Origin: Candidatus Latescibacterota bacterium
GTDB taxonomy: Bacteria > Latescibacterota > UBA2968 > GCA-2709665
Direction: 5' to 3'
Assembly (NCBI GenBank): GCA_965219455.1
Contig: OZ244744.1
Span: 256,001-320,000, forward strand
Length of the DNA: 64,000 nucleotides
A program made the position numbers and the translations under genes. Positions 47,977-58,483 of the stretch are shown here, one piece after another (position 1 is the stretch's first letter; every line of letters begins with the position of its first letter). The notes under the pieces are model-generated. The model saw nothing but the letters and a program-made list of their open reading frames with translations, searched no databases and was not told the origin of the DNA.

Positions 47977-48885
47977 TCAATCCGCGTCGAAGGCCTGCAG
48001 CTTTCCCATCTTTTCAAGCAGGACTTTCAACTGTTGCAGATCGCTCCCGCACAACCGGCTCACGGGTCGACGGGGCGGTCCTCCGGCGGCGCCCACCAGC
48101 TCGGCCCCGGCCTTGAGCATCGCCGGATGGGTTCCCAGCGAAAACGCGGATCGCAACGGGGCAATCCGCTTCTGGAAATCCAGGGCGCCTTCCGCGTCTC
48201 CGGCCCGGTACCGCTCGTAAACGCCGACACCCAGCTCGGGCGCCACATTGGCGCTAGCGGCAATTGCCCCTGCCGCGCCGTGGACAAGGGCGGCGTAGAT
48301 CAGTGTGTCGCGCCCCATGATAACTCGAAATCCTTCGGGAGCAAGCCGAAGGTAATCGATTGTCCGGGTAAAATCACCAGAACTGTCTTTAATGCCGATG
48401 ATATTGCCGAATGCTTCTGCCAGCCGCATCACCAGATCTACCGAGAGGCTGTTACCCGTTCTCGCCGGCAGATCGTACAAAAGCACCGGCAGGTCCACCG
48501 CGCGGGCGATTGCTCCAAAGTGGTTGTACATCTCTCCCTGATTGGGCGTGATAAAGAAAGGCGTGAGCACGGAAAGACAATCTGCCCCCGCCTCCTGTGC
48601 CGCTACCGCCAGCCGCACCGCCTCCGCTGTGCAATTCGCCGCCGTTCCCACATAAACCGGGACCCGTCCCGCTGTATAGCCCACGGTCCACTGGTAAAGC
48701 CGTATTTTCTCTTCCATGCTCAATGCCCAGGACTCCCCGGCGGTACCTCCGGCAAATACACCGTGCGCGCCTGCGGCGATCACGTAATTCAGCAGGCGCT
48801 CAAGGCCCGCTTCATCCAGCGCTTCGTCGCAGGTCATCGGGGTAATCAGTGCCGGTATAAGTCCGCGCACAAACGTGGTATCCAT
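47977..48885 (-). CDS. DHDPS/NAL-family class I aldolase
   Basis: ALITP, GTAGE, YDLP and GIKDSSGD motifs; PFFI in place of PYY. Confidence 0.88.
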   Translation of the reverse strand: MDTTFVRGLIPALITPMTCDEALDEAGLERLLNYVIAAGAHGVFAGGTAGESWALSMEEKIRLYQWTVGYTAGRVPVYVGTAANCTAEAVRLAVAAQEAGADCLSVLTPFFITPNQGEMYNHFGAIARAVDLPVLLYDLPARTGNSLSVDLVMRLAEAFGNIIGIKDSSGDFTRTIDYLRLAPEGFRVIMGRDTLIYAALVHGAAGAIAASANVAPELGVGVYERYRAGDAEGALDFQKRIAPLRSAFSLGTHPAMLKAGAELVGAAGGPPRRPVSRLCGSDLQQLKVLLEKMGKLQAFDAD

Positions 48886-48945
48886 TCCCACCCTCGCAAG
48901 GATCCGGCGCCACTCTTCTCGGGGGCAAGCTTTCGCCAAACGTAT

Positions 48946-48974
48946 AGTATACAATCCTTCGTCGATGATGTCAA
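48946..48974 (-). promoter_or_regulatory. Near-consensus sigma70 promoter of the aldolase-adk operon
   Basis: Minus strand TTGACA-17nt-TATACT. Confidence 0.75.
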
Positions 48975-49001
48975 ACCGAACCTGCCATGATCCTTTTGAT
49001 C

Positions 49002-49030
49002 TTGACTTTATACAAAAAAGATCTTATTTT
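49002..49030 (+). promoter_or_regulatory. Sigma70-like promoter of greA (divergent)
   Basis: TTGACT-17nt-TATTTT. Confidence 0.55.
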
Positions 49031-49182
49031 TAAGCATCTTAGAGACCATTTACGGATTCATCACCATCGTTTTCAGCGTACCCGGCGGGGCCGTCCGCAG
49101 ATCCGGACCCCCGATATTTTTTCTTAAAATTACCGCGCCCGCGAGTCCCTGAAATCCACAAACGAGGGAGTGAGACACGACA

Positions 49183-49656
49183 ATGGATCGGCTTTTCCTC
49201 ACAAAAGACGGTTACAAGAAGATCCGGACTGAACTGGAGCGCCTCAGAACCCGGGAACGGCCGGCGGTTATCGAGGCTCTCGCCAGAGCCCGGGAACATG
49301 GAGATCTGAGCGAGAACGCGGAATACCATAGCGCAAAAGAGCGACAGATGTTCGTCGAGAAGAAGATTGCCGAACTCCAGGACAAACTGGTTCGGTCTGA
49401 AATCATCGACGAGAGCCTCATGCCCAAGGATAAGGCCTATCTCGGCGCCACCGTCACGATAAAGGACCGCAGGACCGGGGAACAGATCCGCTATACCCTG
49501 GTATCGACCGACGAGGCCGATTTCGAACAGAACAAGATCTCAACACAATCCCCCGTTGGACGCGCTCTTCTGGGCAAAGGCGTTGGTGAGTACGTGGAAG
49601 CAAAGGTTCCGGTGGGCACACTCTCATATGAGATTCTGGATATCAGCAGGGATTGA
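49183..49656 (+). CDS. greA: Transcription elongation factor GreA
   Basis: HGDLSENAEY and ISTQSPVGRALLGK motifs. Confidence 0.97.
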   Translation: MDRLFLTKDGYKKIRTELERLRTRERPAVIEALARAREHGDLSENAEYHSAKERQMFVEKKIAELQDKLVRSEIIDESLMPKDKAYLGATVTIKDRRTGEQIRYTLVSTDEADFEQNKISTQSPVGRALLGKGVGEYVEAKVPVGTLSYEILDISRD

Positions 49657-49676
49657 CCAGCCGGTTCGAAAAATTC

Positions 49677-49714
49677 AACAAAGCAGAGGATGCATACGTC
49701 CTCTGCTTTGTTTT
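49677..49714. terminator. Intrinsic terminator between convergent greA and rlmD
   Basis: 14-bp stem AACAAAGCAGAGGA/TCCTCTGCTTTGTT followed by a T-rich tail. Confidence 0.85.
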
Positions 49715-49741
49715 GTCCATATCCTGCGACAAACCGGATCG

Positions 49742-51106
49742 TCAGGCTATATTTGTCAACCGTGCCACGACCTCACAGTGCGGCGTATGGGGAAACATAT
49801 CTACGAGCTGCACGTAGTCCGTCTTGTAACCCGCAGCCTCCAGCCGGTTCAGGTCCGTACCCAACGCCTCCGGATTGCACGAGACATACACGATGCGTTC
49901 CGGACGCAGATCACAGATCGCGGTTGTCGCCTTCAAATGCATACCCGGCCGCGGAGGATCGGTGATCACGGTTTCGAATCGTTCACCCTGCTCCCGGATC
50001 TGCCACAGAATGTCTTCAGCCGCACCCGCGATAAACCGGCAGTTGGACACGCCGTTTATTGCGCTGTTGCGAACCGCATCCCGAACCGCCCCTTCAACGG
50101 CCTCAATGCCCAGAACGTAGCCTGCCCTCCGCGACAAATACAACGAAATCGCGCCCGTTCCACAATACACGTCCAGAATTCGGTCGTCCGGACCCGGTTC
50201 AGCCAACTCAACCACCCGCCGGTAAAGATGCTGAGCCTGTCGGGTGTTGGTCTGAAAAAATGAACCCGGCGATATCTCGAATGTGAAATCCCCCAGTTTT
50301 TCTTTGACGGTACCCGTCCCCGCAAGCACCTCTTCACGGTCGCCGGTGGCCACCTGAGCCCGCCGCAGATTGACGTTTCGGATCACACTCTTTACCTCTG
50401 GAAACGTTTCCTCCAGCATCTTTCCCAATGTTTCCGCTTCGGGAAACGCCTCTCCCGACGTGGTCAAAACCACCATGGTCTCACCCGTCAGTTTACCCTC
50501 CCGTATGGTCAGAAATCTGAGCAGGCCTTCGTGCCGCTTTAAATGGTAGACGGAGAGTGACCTGGTAAAGCTCCGCACGCGTTCAACGATCCGGTTGGAC
50601 GTTTCCGACTGGAGATAACAGGCACCAAGGTCGAATACGCGGTCGAAACGCCCCCAAACGTGCAACCCCACCTCGTTCCGCCCGTCTGGCGACGAGCCAA
50701 AGGAGAATTCCATCTTGTTCCGGTAGAAAAAGGGTTCCTCGGAAGGCATCGGCGCGTCCGGTTCCGTATCAATTCCGGCTTCCACCAGGCAGGTCCGCAC
50801 CATGTCCTGCTTCAATCGAACCTGGGCTTCATAAGGAATATCCTGCCACAAACACCCGCCGCAGAGCCCGAAGTGAGAACACCTTGCACGGGTCCGCTGA
50901 ATTTCGGTGGAGAGAAGCTCCTCCAGCCTGGCTTCAGCGCGTCGCAACCGGTTTCTGACCTTGCGCACCCGCGCCCGGACCCGGTCACCAGGCACCGCGC
51001 CTCGCACCAGCAGGGTGTAGGCGCCCATCCGCCCCAAACCGTTTCCGCGTCGGTCCAACCGTTCGATGTCAATCTCTATCTGATCACCGCGCCTGGGTTT
51101 CAGCAC
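49742..51106 (-). CDS. rlmD: 23S rRNA (uracil-C5)-methyltransferase
   Basis: TRAM domain, CSHFGLCGGC, FFQTN, YCGTG, DPPR, YVSCNP and DMFPHTPHCE; GTG start with AGGAGG RBS. Confidence 0.95.
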   Translation of the reverse strand: MLKPRRGDQIEIDIERLDRRGNGLGRMGAYTLLVRGAVPGDRVRARVRKVRNRLRRAEARLEELLSTEIQRTRARCSHFGLCGGCLWQDIPYEAQVRLKQDMVRTCLVEAGIDTEPDAPMPSEEPFFYRNKMEFSFGSSPDGRNEVGLHVWGRFDRVFDLGACYLQSETSNRIVERVRSFTRSLSVYHLKRHEGLLRFLTIREGKLTGETMVVLTTSGEAFPEAETLGKMLEETFPEVKSVIRNVNLRRAQVATGDREEVLAGTGTVKEKLGDFTFEISPGSFFQTNTRQAQHLYRRVVELAEPGPDDRILDVYCGTGAISLYLSRRAGYVLGIEAVEGAVRDAVRNSAINGVSNCRFIAGAAEDILWQIREQGERFETVITDPPRPGMHLKATTAICDLRPERIVYVSCNPEALGTDLNRLEAAGYKTDYVQLVDMFPHTPHCEVVARLTNIA

Positions 51107-52391
51107 AGATGCCCTCCTCCTTCGATTTCGGCTTCGGCCGGGCCGACGGCTCTCGAAATGGACCCTCGCGCAACTCACCCATCAGACCTTTCTGCTCTAC
51201 GAATCCATCGACGGAATACAACACGACACCCTGGAAACCGGCACGTCGCGCGATGTCAATCTGAGCGACCGTGTCGTCGGCTTCCTGATTCCAGAGTCCG
51301 ATGCCGGCATAAAGACTCCCGTTTTTCACGCGCTTCCTGGCTTCGGTCATCTGAAGTTCGATCTCCGCCCTGGACCCGACATAGAACATCGGCACCACAA
51401 AGTCCACGAGCCCCCGGTTACTCCATCCGATCCAGTCCTGGCCGTATTGTGTGTAGGCGGACTTTATGTCCGGCTTGACGGCCGCGGACAACCTGACAGC
51501 GGGCTTGAGCCGCGCAATCAGTTCATGCACCTGACCGACCAGCATGCTGACCTGTTCGCTACGCCATTCTTCCCATACCTCCCTGACATCGGTCTCGTCC
51601 GTCTCGCCGCCGGGCTCCCCCTTGACAACTTTCCACTCAGCGGGGCCGATGCCGTAGCGCTTCGTAAACTCTGTCGTTACGGCGGGATTGTAGTCATAAT
51701 GGAAATTGGGATACCGGACATAATCCATGTGAATACCGTCAATATCGTATTTCTCAACAATCTCCAAGATGACCTTGAGGAGATGGGTCCGGACTTTGGG
51801 GTTGCCAGGTGAAAGATATCGTCCATCCACCCCGCGTTTGACAAGATCGACGCCATGCAGCTTAACGCGCCCCATGTCGATCCCGTCGATGGAACGCATG
51901 AACCACTCGGGATGGCGCAGGAATATATGCCGGGTCGACTCCGGCCGCCGCTCTGTCGGGTGCCACGTGAGGTACATATTCACCCAGGCATGCACTTCCA
52001 GCCCCGCCCGGTGCCCCTCCTCCACGAGAAGCGCAAGCGGGTCAAACTCCGATTCGGATAGAGATTCCGCCCTTGGTACCACACGGCTGCGGTAAAAGGA
52101 ATCGCCTCTGCCCCGAACCTGGACCAGGAGCGCGTTCAACCGCCCGTCTACGGCGGTGCGCACCGCGCGCATCACCTGCTCCCGATTCGTCAGCCAATGG
52201 CGAACCACCCACAATCCCCTGAACTCGCCATTCGGCCTGCCGGATGCGTCTGCCGCATCCGACCAGAGGCAGAGTGCAAGGCATAGACAGACGAGTCTTC
52301 CCCCAGGAGCGGCCCGGAAAACAAAGGGCAAATCGACCGATTTGTCGATTTGCCCTCTCGTCCCATTTTTGTCACGACGCAACGGACTCAT
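51084..52391 (-). CDS. Glycosyl hydrolase-like 10 (GHL10/YddW-type) protein
   Basis: RGLWV, QVRGRGD, EVHAW, DGIHMDYVRYP, QDW and VPMFY motifs; true start probably further downstream. Confidence 0.85.
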   Translation of the reverse strand: MSPLRRDKNGTRGQIDKSVDLPFVFRAAPGGRLVCLCLALCLWSDAADASGRPNGEFRGLWVVRHWLTNREQVMRAVRTAVDGRLNALLVQVRGRGDSFYRSRVVPRAESLSESEFDPLALLVEEGHRAGLEVHAWVNMYLTWHPTERRPESTRHIFLRHPEWFMRSIDGIDMGRVKLHGVDLVKRGVDGRYLSPGNPKVRTHLLKVILEIVEKYDIDGIHMDYVRYPNFHYDYNPAVTTEFTKRYGIGPAEWKVVKGEPGGETDETDVREVWEEWRSEQVSMLVGQVHELIARLKPAVRLSAAVKPDIKSAYTQYGQDWIGWSNRGLVDFVVPMFYVGSRAEIELQMTEARKRVKNGSLYAGIGLWNQEADDTVAQIDIARRAGFQGVVLYSVDGFVEQKGLMGELREGPFREPSARPKPKSKEEGICAETQAR

Positions 52392-52939
52392 TTTTTCGTA
52401 CGCTCTTGTTCCTTTCCGGATTCGCCGGCTCCCTCGGAGTCGGCCTCATCGGGCGGAACTGAAGATGGTTCGCCCGATTCGTCCGCGATTTCCTCAGCGG
52501 AAGCTTCAATTGTTTTCCCGTCTTCATTCCCGGGACCGGCTTCGTCGCGGGATTCTGAACGCTCGGCAAAATCGGCCCTCACTTCATCTCCGACCATTTC
52601 CACCAGACACATTTCAACGCGGTCGCCGCGTCGGGAGCCAAGTTTGAGCAACCGCAGATAGCCCCCATTGCGTTCCGAAAACGAAGTTGCGATCTCGTCG
52701 AAGAGTTTGGCAACCACACGCTGGTTTCGAATCCGCCGCAGAACCTGGCGCCTGGCGTGTAAATCACCCCTTTTGGCAAATGTAATCAGGCGTTCGGCCA
52801 CACCACGCAACTCTTTTGCCTTTGCATGGGTCGTGCGTATCGAACCGTACGTGAATAGAGACGTGGCCATGTTGTTTAACATTGCTCTTTTGTGGCTGGC
52901 TGTACGTCCGAGCTTGCGCCCCCTCTTTCCATGTCTCAT
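52388..52939 (-). CDS. rplQ: 50S ribosomal protein L17 with acidic C-terminal extension
   Basis: MRHGKRGRKLGR...GGY.R.LKLG.R.GD. Confidence 0.97.
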   Translation of the reverse strand: MRHGKRGRKLGRTASHKRAMLNNMATSLFTYGSIRTTHAKAKELRGVAERLITFAKRGDLHARRQVLRRIRNQRVVAKLFDEIATSFSERNGGYLRLLKLGSRRGDRVEMCLVEMVGDEVRADFAERSESRDEAGPGNEDGKTIEASAEEIADESGEPSSVPPDEADSEGAGESGKEQERTKK

Positions 52940-52954
52940 AGCCCGTCTTTCCGG

Positions 52955-53971
52955 TTAGAATTCGTCTTCCAGCACCGCCACCTCGTCGCTCTTGGCGGCA
53001 ATCCCACTGTATTTAGTGATATCCATGCCGAACTGCAAGCCCAACCCTTCCAGAATTGCCGTCAACTCGTTCAGCGATTTGCGGCCAAAATTCCGAAACT
53101 TCAGCATCTCGGTCTCGGTCTTTTGTACGAGGTCTTCGAGGGTTAGAATATTGGCAGCCTTCAAACAGTTGGCGGAACGCACCGACAGTTCCAGTTCTTC
53201 CACCGGCATCTGCAGAAGTGACGCCACGCGCTGTGTGTCTTCGTCGATTATTTCCTCGTATTCCTCCTCAGGCTCTTCCTCGAAGTGTATAAAGAGTTCC
53301 AGATGGTCCTTCAGGATCTTTGCCGCATGGGACACGGCGTCGTCAGGCCGAACCGCTCCGTTGGTCCAGACTGTCAGTGTCAGTTTGTCGTAGTCCGTCT
53401 GTTGACCCACACGGGCATTGTCCACCTCGTAATGCACTTTTCGGATGGGAGAAAATGCGGAGTCGAGCATAATTGTATCGGTAGGGGGGTCGGTAACTTT
53501 ATTCTCTTCCGCCAGAACATAACCCCGCCCGTTTCCTACGGTAATCTCCATCTCCAGATGACCGTTCTGATCCAGAGATGCGATGTGCTGATCGGGATTC
53601 ATCACTTCAACCTCCGCATCCACCTCCAGTTCCTTCGCTGTAAACGCGCCCGGCCCTACTTTGTCGATGCGAAGCAGTTTGTCTTCGTCTGAATGCATCC
53701 GCAGATTTACCTCTTTGAGATTCAGAACGATTTCAGTCATGTCTTCGACAACGCCCTGTACAACGGAGAACTCGTGTTGCACCCCTTCCACACGAATGGC
53801 CTTAACGGCCGCGCCGCCTATGGATGAGAGCAATACCCGGCGCAACGCATTGCCAATTGTGGTACCAAACCCGCGTTCCAGAGGTTGCACCGTAAACATC
53901 CCGTAGGAATTGGTGATGCTATCCTCATCGATCTGGACGGACCTGGGCATCTGGAAGTTTTTAGACTTCAT
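52955..53971 (-). CDS. rpoA: RNA polymerase alpha subunit
   Basis: PLERGFGTTIGNALRRVLLSS; LSVRSANCL; NFGRKSL. Confidence 0.98.
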   Translation of the reverse strand: MKSKNFQMPRSVQIDEDSITNSYGMFTVQPLERGFGTTIGNALRRVLLSSIGGAAVKAIRVEGVQHEFSVVQGVVEDMTEIVLNLKEVNLRMHSDEDKLLRIDKVGPGAFTAKELEVDAEVEVMNPDQHIASLDQNGHLEMEITVGNGRGYVLAEENKVTDPPTDTIMLDSAFSPIRKVHYEVDNARVGQQTDYDKLTLTVWTNGAVRPDDAVSHAAKILKDHLELFIHFEEEPEEEYEEIIDEDTQRVASLLQMPVEELELSVRSANCLKAANILTLEDLVQKTETEMLKFRNFGRKSLNELTAILEGLGLQFGMDITKYSGIAAKSDEVAVLEDEF

Positions 53972-54061
53972 ACAAGAATTCTCCTTAGATCCTCTGAAAG
54001 ACAATACGGCGGCCCCTGCTTTGCTCGGAAAACGGGGCCGCTCCTCATCAGGTCGCAGCGA

Positions 54062-54691
54062 TTATTTCGAATATAACTCCACAATGAGTTGCTCTTCGAC
54101 CGGCGTCGGAATACCTTCCCTGTCGGGATGCTCAAGAACGGTACCCGTGAGATTGACCTTGTCCAGAGACAACCACGGCGCCTGTCGCCCCTCGCCGATC
54201 CGCTTGATGGAGTCGTGAATCAACGCCAGTTGACGGCTCTTTTCCCGTACCTGAATTGTATCGCCGGGCGCAACCTGAAACGAGGGGACGTCCACGATAC
54301 GCCCATTTACCATGATGTGCCGATGGCGCACCAACTGACGCGCCGCCTTATGGGAAGGCGCGAATCCCAGCCGATGGGTGACGTTGTCCAGACGGATTTC
54401 GAGCGTCTGCAGGAGAAGCTCCCCTGTTACACCCTTCCGGCGGGCGGCCTTTTGATAGTAACCTCGAAACTGGTTTTCCAGTACACCGTACTGGCGCTTG
54501 GCCTTTTGCTTTTCCCTGAGCTGAAGGGCATATGCCGAAGGCTTGCGACCCTGCCTCTGTCCGTGCATGCCCGGCGGATAGCTGCGCTTTTCGAACGAGC
54601 ACTTGTCCAGGTAGCAGCGTTCACCCTTGAGGAATAACTTTACCCCTTCGCGGCGACACAATTTGCAGTTCGAATCTGTATACCTTGCCAT
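54062..54691 (-). CDS. rpsD: 30S ribosomal protein S4
   Basis: MARY...CKLCRREG; LREKQK; VELYSK. Confidence 0.98.
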   Translation of the reverse strand: MARYTDSNCKLCRREGVKLFLKGERCYLDKCSFEKRSYPPGMHGQRQGRKPSAYALQLREKQKAKRQYGVLENQFRGYYQKAARRKGVTGELLLQTLEIRLDNVTHRLGFAPSHKAARQLVRHRHIMVNGRIVDVPSFQVAPGDTIQVREKSRQLALIHDSIKRIGEGRQAPWLSLDKVNLTGTVLEHPDREGIPTPVEEQLIVELYSK

Positions 54692-54718
54692 GCAATAGAC
54701 CTCCCCGGTCGGATGCCG

Positions 54719-55108
54719 TTACACCCGACGCCGCTTCGGCGGCCGACAACCGTTGTGAGGGATCGGGGTGACGTCGCGAATGGCCGCGATTTCCAGCCCC
54801 GCGCCCTGCAGCGCGCGAACGGCGGCCTCGCGGCCGACACCCGGGCCCTTGACCCATACCTCGACACGTCGCAGCCCCATAGACATCGCTTCCTTTGCCG
54901 CGGCTTCCGCAGCCAACTGGGCGGCAAAGGGCGTACTCTTCCGGGAACCGTTAAAACCCACCTTGCCGGTTGTGGACCACGATATCACGTGCCCGTCTTT
55001 GTCGGTAAGGGTAACAATCGTATTGTTGAACGTTGCTTTAATATGGGCAACGCCCTGCCCATCGACCCGCTTGTTCCTTCGTCGGCTTTTTCTTTGTTCC
55101 GGCGGCAA
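54719..55108 (-). CDS. rpsK: 30S ribosomal protein S11
   Basis: [13 protein letters not shown] and [18 protein letters not shown] motifs. Confidence 0.98.
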   Translation of the reverse strand: MPPEQRKSRRRNKRVDGQGVAHIKATFNNTIVTLTDKDGHVISWSTTGKVGFNGSRKSTPFAAQLAAEAAAKEAMSMGLRRVEVWVKGPGVGREAAVRALQGAGLEIAAIRDVTPIPHNGCRPPKRRRV

Positions 55109-55130
55109 GTGATCGCCTCCTTAGCGGTGA

Positions 55131-55511
55131 TTAAGTTTGTGCTTTCTTCCTCTTGGCAATCTGACCTTTTTTCGGCCCTTTTCGTGTCCGGGCATTGGTC
55201 CGGGTCCGCTGACCGCGCACCGGCAGGCCCCTCCGCCATCGAAGCCCGCGATAGCAGCCGATGTCCATCAGCCGCTTGATATTCATGGCCACCTCGCTCC
55301 TGAGGTTGCCCTCCACCCGGTATTCACCCTCGATTACGCTCCGGAGTTTGGTGACGTCTTCCTCGCTCAACGCGTCAACGCGGGTGTCCGGGGAAATCTG
55401 CGTCTTCTCCAGGATCCGGTTTGAGGCGCTTCTGCCAATACCGTAAATGTAGGTCAGCGAGATTTCTACCCGTTTTTCGCGCGGAACATCGACCCCTGCG
55501 ATACGAGCCAT
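55131..55511 (-). CDS. rpsM: 30S ribosomal protein S13
   Basis: MARIAGVD; [14 protein letters not shown]; AGGAGG RBS. Confidence 0.98.
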   Translation of the reverse strand: MARIAGVDVPREKRVEISLTYIYGIGRSASNRILEKTQISPDTRVDALSEEDVTKLRSVIEGEYRVEGNLRSEVAMNIKRLMDIGCYRGLRWRRGLPVRGQRTRTNARTRKGPKKGQIAKRKKAQT

Positions 55512-55547
55512 CGTATCTCCTCCTTCGTTCGGTTTCCGAAGGCCTAT

Positions 55548-55706
55548 CAGCCCGTTGAAAAAGTCCATCCGGTCTGCGGCCGGCTCTTGTGGCCGAATGA
55601 CTGCGTTTCGCTCCCTCCCCGAATCCCCGATTCGGCTCGGTCGCGCGCCTTGTCTTCGGTCACAATGGCTCGGCCTCGCCTGCAGAGCAACATTTTCAAC
55701 GGACTG
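55548..55706. mobile_element. MITE family A copy (159 bp) inserted between rpmJ and rpsM
   Basis: TIRs CAGCCCGTTGAAAA / TTTTCAACGGACTG; exact 4-bp direct repeats CTAT at 55544-55547 and 55707-55710. Confidence 0.85.
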
Positions 55707-55823
55707 CTATCCCTGTCTCTGTTTATGACTTGGATCGTGTCTGCAAATCACCCGAACCACACCCTTTCTGCGAATGATCTTGCAGTGATTGCAACGTTTC
55801 TTGACTGACGCACGAACCCTCAT
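55707..55823 (-). CDS. rpmJ: 50S ribosomal protein L36
   Basis: Too short for the ORF track. Manual translation: [38 protein letters not shown]. Confidence 0.97.
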   Translation of the reverse strand: MRVRASVKKRCNHCKIIRRKGVVRVICRHDPSHKQRQG

Positions 55824-55839
55824 CCTTCCGTCCTTTCGG

Positions 55840-57180
55840 TCACCTTCGGCCTCTCAACCTTCCTTTTTTCATAAAGCCATCGTAGTGCCGCATCAGGAGA
55901 TGCGACTCCACTCGCTGCAATGTGTCCAGCGCCACGCCTACGATAATCAGTAGCCCGGTGCCCCCGAAAAAGTCGATCAGGCCGGGATTCACATCGGCCC
56001 AACTGATAACGAAAAACGGGAAAACCGCGATTGCCGCCAGAAAAATCGACCCCGGAAGCGTAATTCGGGTCAGAATTCGATCGATAAAATCGGAGGTGCG
56101 TTTGCCGGGCCGGATTCCGGGAATAAACCCGCCTTGTCGCTTCATATTATCGGCCAGATCGACGGGATTGAATACGATAGCCGTATAAAAATACGCGAAA
56201 AAGATAATCATCGTGGAATAGAGAATCCAGTACGGCAGCGCGTGCAACGTTGTGGCGGGCGAAAACCGGGAAGCCATATCCTGCACCCACTCGTTCATCG
56301 GGAAAAAATTGGCCAGGGTGGATGGCAAAAACATGATGGCCTGGGCGAAAATGATCGGCATCACTCCGGAAGTATTCACCTTCAACGGAATATGGGTGCT
56401 CTGGCCACCATATACCCGCCTGCCCACGACACGCTTGGCATATTGTACCGGAATTTTCCGCGTGCCCTGAGTAATGAGCACCACCAACGCGGTAACGGCG
56501 ACAATAATGACAACCACAAACAACTCCAGCAAGATGGGCTTGTTGTTGGCCAGGAAATCCTGATATTCCTGAATGACGGCCGAGGGCGCACGAGCAATTA
56601 TCCCAATGAAAATCAACATCGACATGCCGTTACCGATACCCCTGTCGTCGATCTGCTCCCCCAACCACATCACAAACACGGTTCCGGCGGTAATGGTCAG
56701 AATCGTCAACAATCGGAAGCCCATACCCGGATCCGGCACCACCAGCATTCCCGTGATGGGTGACCGGAGGCTTTCCATAAACAGACTGACGCCAAAGGAC
56801 TGAGCGGCAGCCAGCGCCACGGTTCCGTAGCGGGTATATTGGGTGATCTTCTTGCGCCCCTCTTCGCCCTCCTTCTGGAGTTTTTGCAGAAAGGGAATGA
56901 CGGCGCCCATCAACTGAAGGATGATCGAGGCGCTGATATACGGCATAATGCCCAGCGCGAAGACGGTCGCGCGGCCAAATGCGCCACCGGCAAACATGTC
57001 GTAAAACCCCAGGACGCCGGTAGCGGCGCTGCTGAAGTATTCGTCCAGGGCCCTTGGGTCGATGCCGGGAATGGTCACGTACGTGCCAACCCGGAAGACG
57101 ATCAGAATACCCAGCGTAAACAGGATGCGATTGCGTAACTCGGGGATTCGAAAGGCACTCTGGAAACTCTGGAGCACCAC
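55840..57180 (-). CDS. secY: Preprotein translocase subunit SecY
   Basis: [27 protein letters not shown] and GGTGLLI motifs. Confidence 0.98.
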   Translation of the reverse strand: MVLQSFQSAFRIPELRNRILFTLGILIVFRVGTYVTIPGIDPRALDEYFSSAATGVLGFYDMFAGGAFGRATVFALGIMPYISASIILQLMGAVIPFLQKLQKEGEEGRKKITQYTRYGTVALAAAQSFGVSLFMESLRSPITGMLVVPDPGMGFRLLTILTITAGTVFVMWLGEQIDDRGIGNGMSMLIFIGIIARAPSAVIQEYQDFLANNKPILLELFVVVIIVAVTALVVLITQGTRKIPVQYAKRVVGRRVYGGQSTHIPLKVNTSGVMPIIFAQAIMFLPSTLANFFPMNEWVQDMASRFSPATTLHALPYWILYSTMIIFFAYFYTAIVFNPVDLADNMKRQGGFIPGIRPGKRTSDFIDRILTRITLPGSIFLAAIAVFPFFVISWADVNPGLIDFFGGTGLLIIVGVALDTLQRVESHLLMRHYDGFMKKGRLRGRR

Positions 57181-57195
57181 CGCCTCCTCTCAAAA

Positions 57196-57657
57196 TTAAC
57201 CCGTCTCGGAACCGGCGTCCATCAGGCTGACACTTCCTCCGGCCGCTTCGATTTTCCCGGTGGCCGACCTGGATACCGCGTGCGCCTGAACCTGTAAGGC
57301 ATCGGAAACCTCACCCCGCCCCAGAATCTTTACAGGCCGCCGAATCGACCGTATCAGACCCGACTGTTTCATATTTTCGGGGGTCACCTGCCCGGACAAT
57401 CCCCGTTTAACGATATCGTCCAGATTAACGACCTGATAAACCACCTTCAGAGGGTTGTTGAACCCGACTTTGGGCAGCCTGCGTTGCAGCGGCATCTGCC
57501 CGCCTTCAAACCACGGCCTTTTTTTCGCGCCCGAACGCGACTTCTGACCCTTGTGTCCTTTGCCGCTGGTTTTGCCGCAGCCGGAACCGACGCCGCAGCC
57601 CAGCCGTTTCCGGCTCTTGACGGCGCCTGCGGGGGGCTTGAGCTTTCCTGGTTTCAT
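57196..57657 (-). CDS. rplO: 50S ribosomal protein L15
   Basis: GHKGQKSRSG; FEGGQMPL.RR.PK.GF. Confidence 0.97.
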   Translation of the reverse strand: MKPGKLKPPAGAVKSRKRLGCGVGSGCGKTSGKGHKGQKSRSGAKKRPWFEGGQMPLQRRLPKVGFNNPLKVVYQVVNLDDIVKRGLSGQVTPENMKQSGLIRSIRRPVKILGRGEVSDALQVQAHAVSRSATGKIEAAGGSVSLMDAGSETG

Positions 57658-57732
57658 CTTGCTGGACCTTATGAGTACGAGTAAATGACCCCAATTCTTC
57701 CAAACCGGCCGTGCAGACGTCCATACCCGGAA

Positions 57733-57930
57733 TCAGCCGTCTGCCTGTTTTACCTCCACAAGGTGTGCAACCGTGTTGACCATACCGCGGATTTGCGCCG
57801 TATCGTCGTGAACCACACTGTGGCGAATACGGCGAATGCCAAGCGCCGCGAGTGTACGCCGCTGCTTTTCATTGCGTGAAATCATACTGCGAACCTGGGT
57901 GATTTTCAGCTTCTTTCCGTCGTGTGCCAT
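57733..57930 (-). CDS. rpmD: 50S ribosomal protein L30
   Basis: KITQVRS..; IRGMVN.V.HLV. Confidence 0.95.
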   Translation of the reverse strand: MAHDGKKLKITQVRSMISRNEKQRRTLAALGIRRIRHSVVHDDTAQIRGMVNTVAHLVEVKQADG

Positions 57931-57936
57931 GCCGCA

Positions 57937-58452
57937 TTACTCCCGAATACCGGTCAATTCCGCTTCATCGACATTCCGCAACCGCGCAAACGCCCGTGCG
58001 TCCCGGATGTTGGCCAAACCCTGAAGCGTCGCCTTCACGGTATTGTGAGTATTCTGGGACCCCAGTGATTTCGTCAGCACGTTCTGCACGCCCGCCAATT
58101 CCAGAACCGCTCGAATACCTCCCCCGGCGATCACACCGGTTCCTGGCGCCGCAGGCTTTAACAGCACCCGGGATGCACCAAAAACACCGATGATCTGATG
58201 TGGCAACGTTCCATTGATTACCGGTATGCGTACGACTTCCTTTTTTGCGTTTTCGGTGGCCTTGCGAATGGCTTCGGCCACCTCTCCCGCCTTGCCAAGA
58301 CCGGCGCCAACGTGACCCTGACGGTCGCCGACAACCACCATCACGTTGAATGCAAAGCGACGGCCTCCCTTGCGCACGTGGGATACCCGCTTGAGGCTGT
58401 TATTGATGACGATTTCGGTGAGGTCCAATCCCGAAGGATCTATTCGTTTCAA
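57937..58452 (-). CDS. rpsE: 30S ribosomal protein S5
   Basis: KGGRRF; [11 protein letters not shown]. Confidence 0.97.
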   Translation of the reverse strand: MKRIDPSGLDLTEIVINNSLKRVSHVRKGGRRFAFNVMVVVGDRQGHVGAGLGKAGEVAEAIRKATENAKKEVVRIPVINGTLPHQIIGVFGASRVLLKPAAPGTGVIAGGGIRAVLELAGVQNVLTKSLGSQNTHNTVKATLQGLANIRDARAFARLRNVDEAELTGIRE

Positions 58453-58483
58453 ATGGGCACTCCTTTAAATCTGGCAACCACCG

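Noticed and set aside
49658-49676. CAGCCGGTTCGAAAAATTC after greA, resembling a MITE-A terminus
   Set aside because: A single degenerate end with no partner or internal homology.
55512-55568. N-terminal extensions in the ORF track (rpsM, purL, MBL hydrolase, Ntn acylase, bamD, AKR)
   Set aside because: They run into MITEs, REPs or neighbouring genes; downstream starts match family N-termini and usually have a better RBS.
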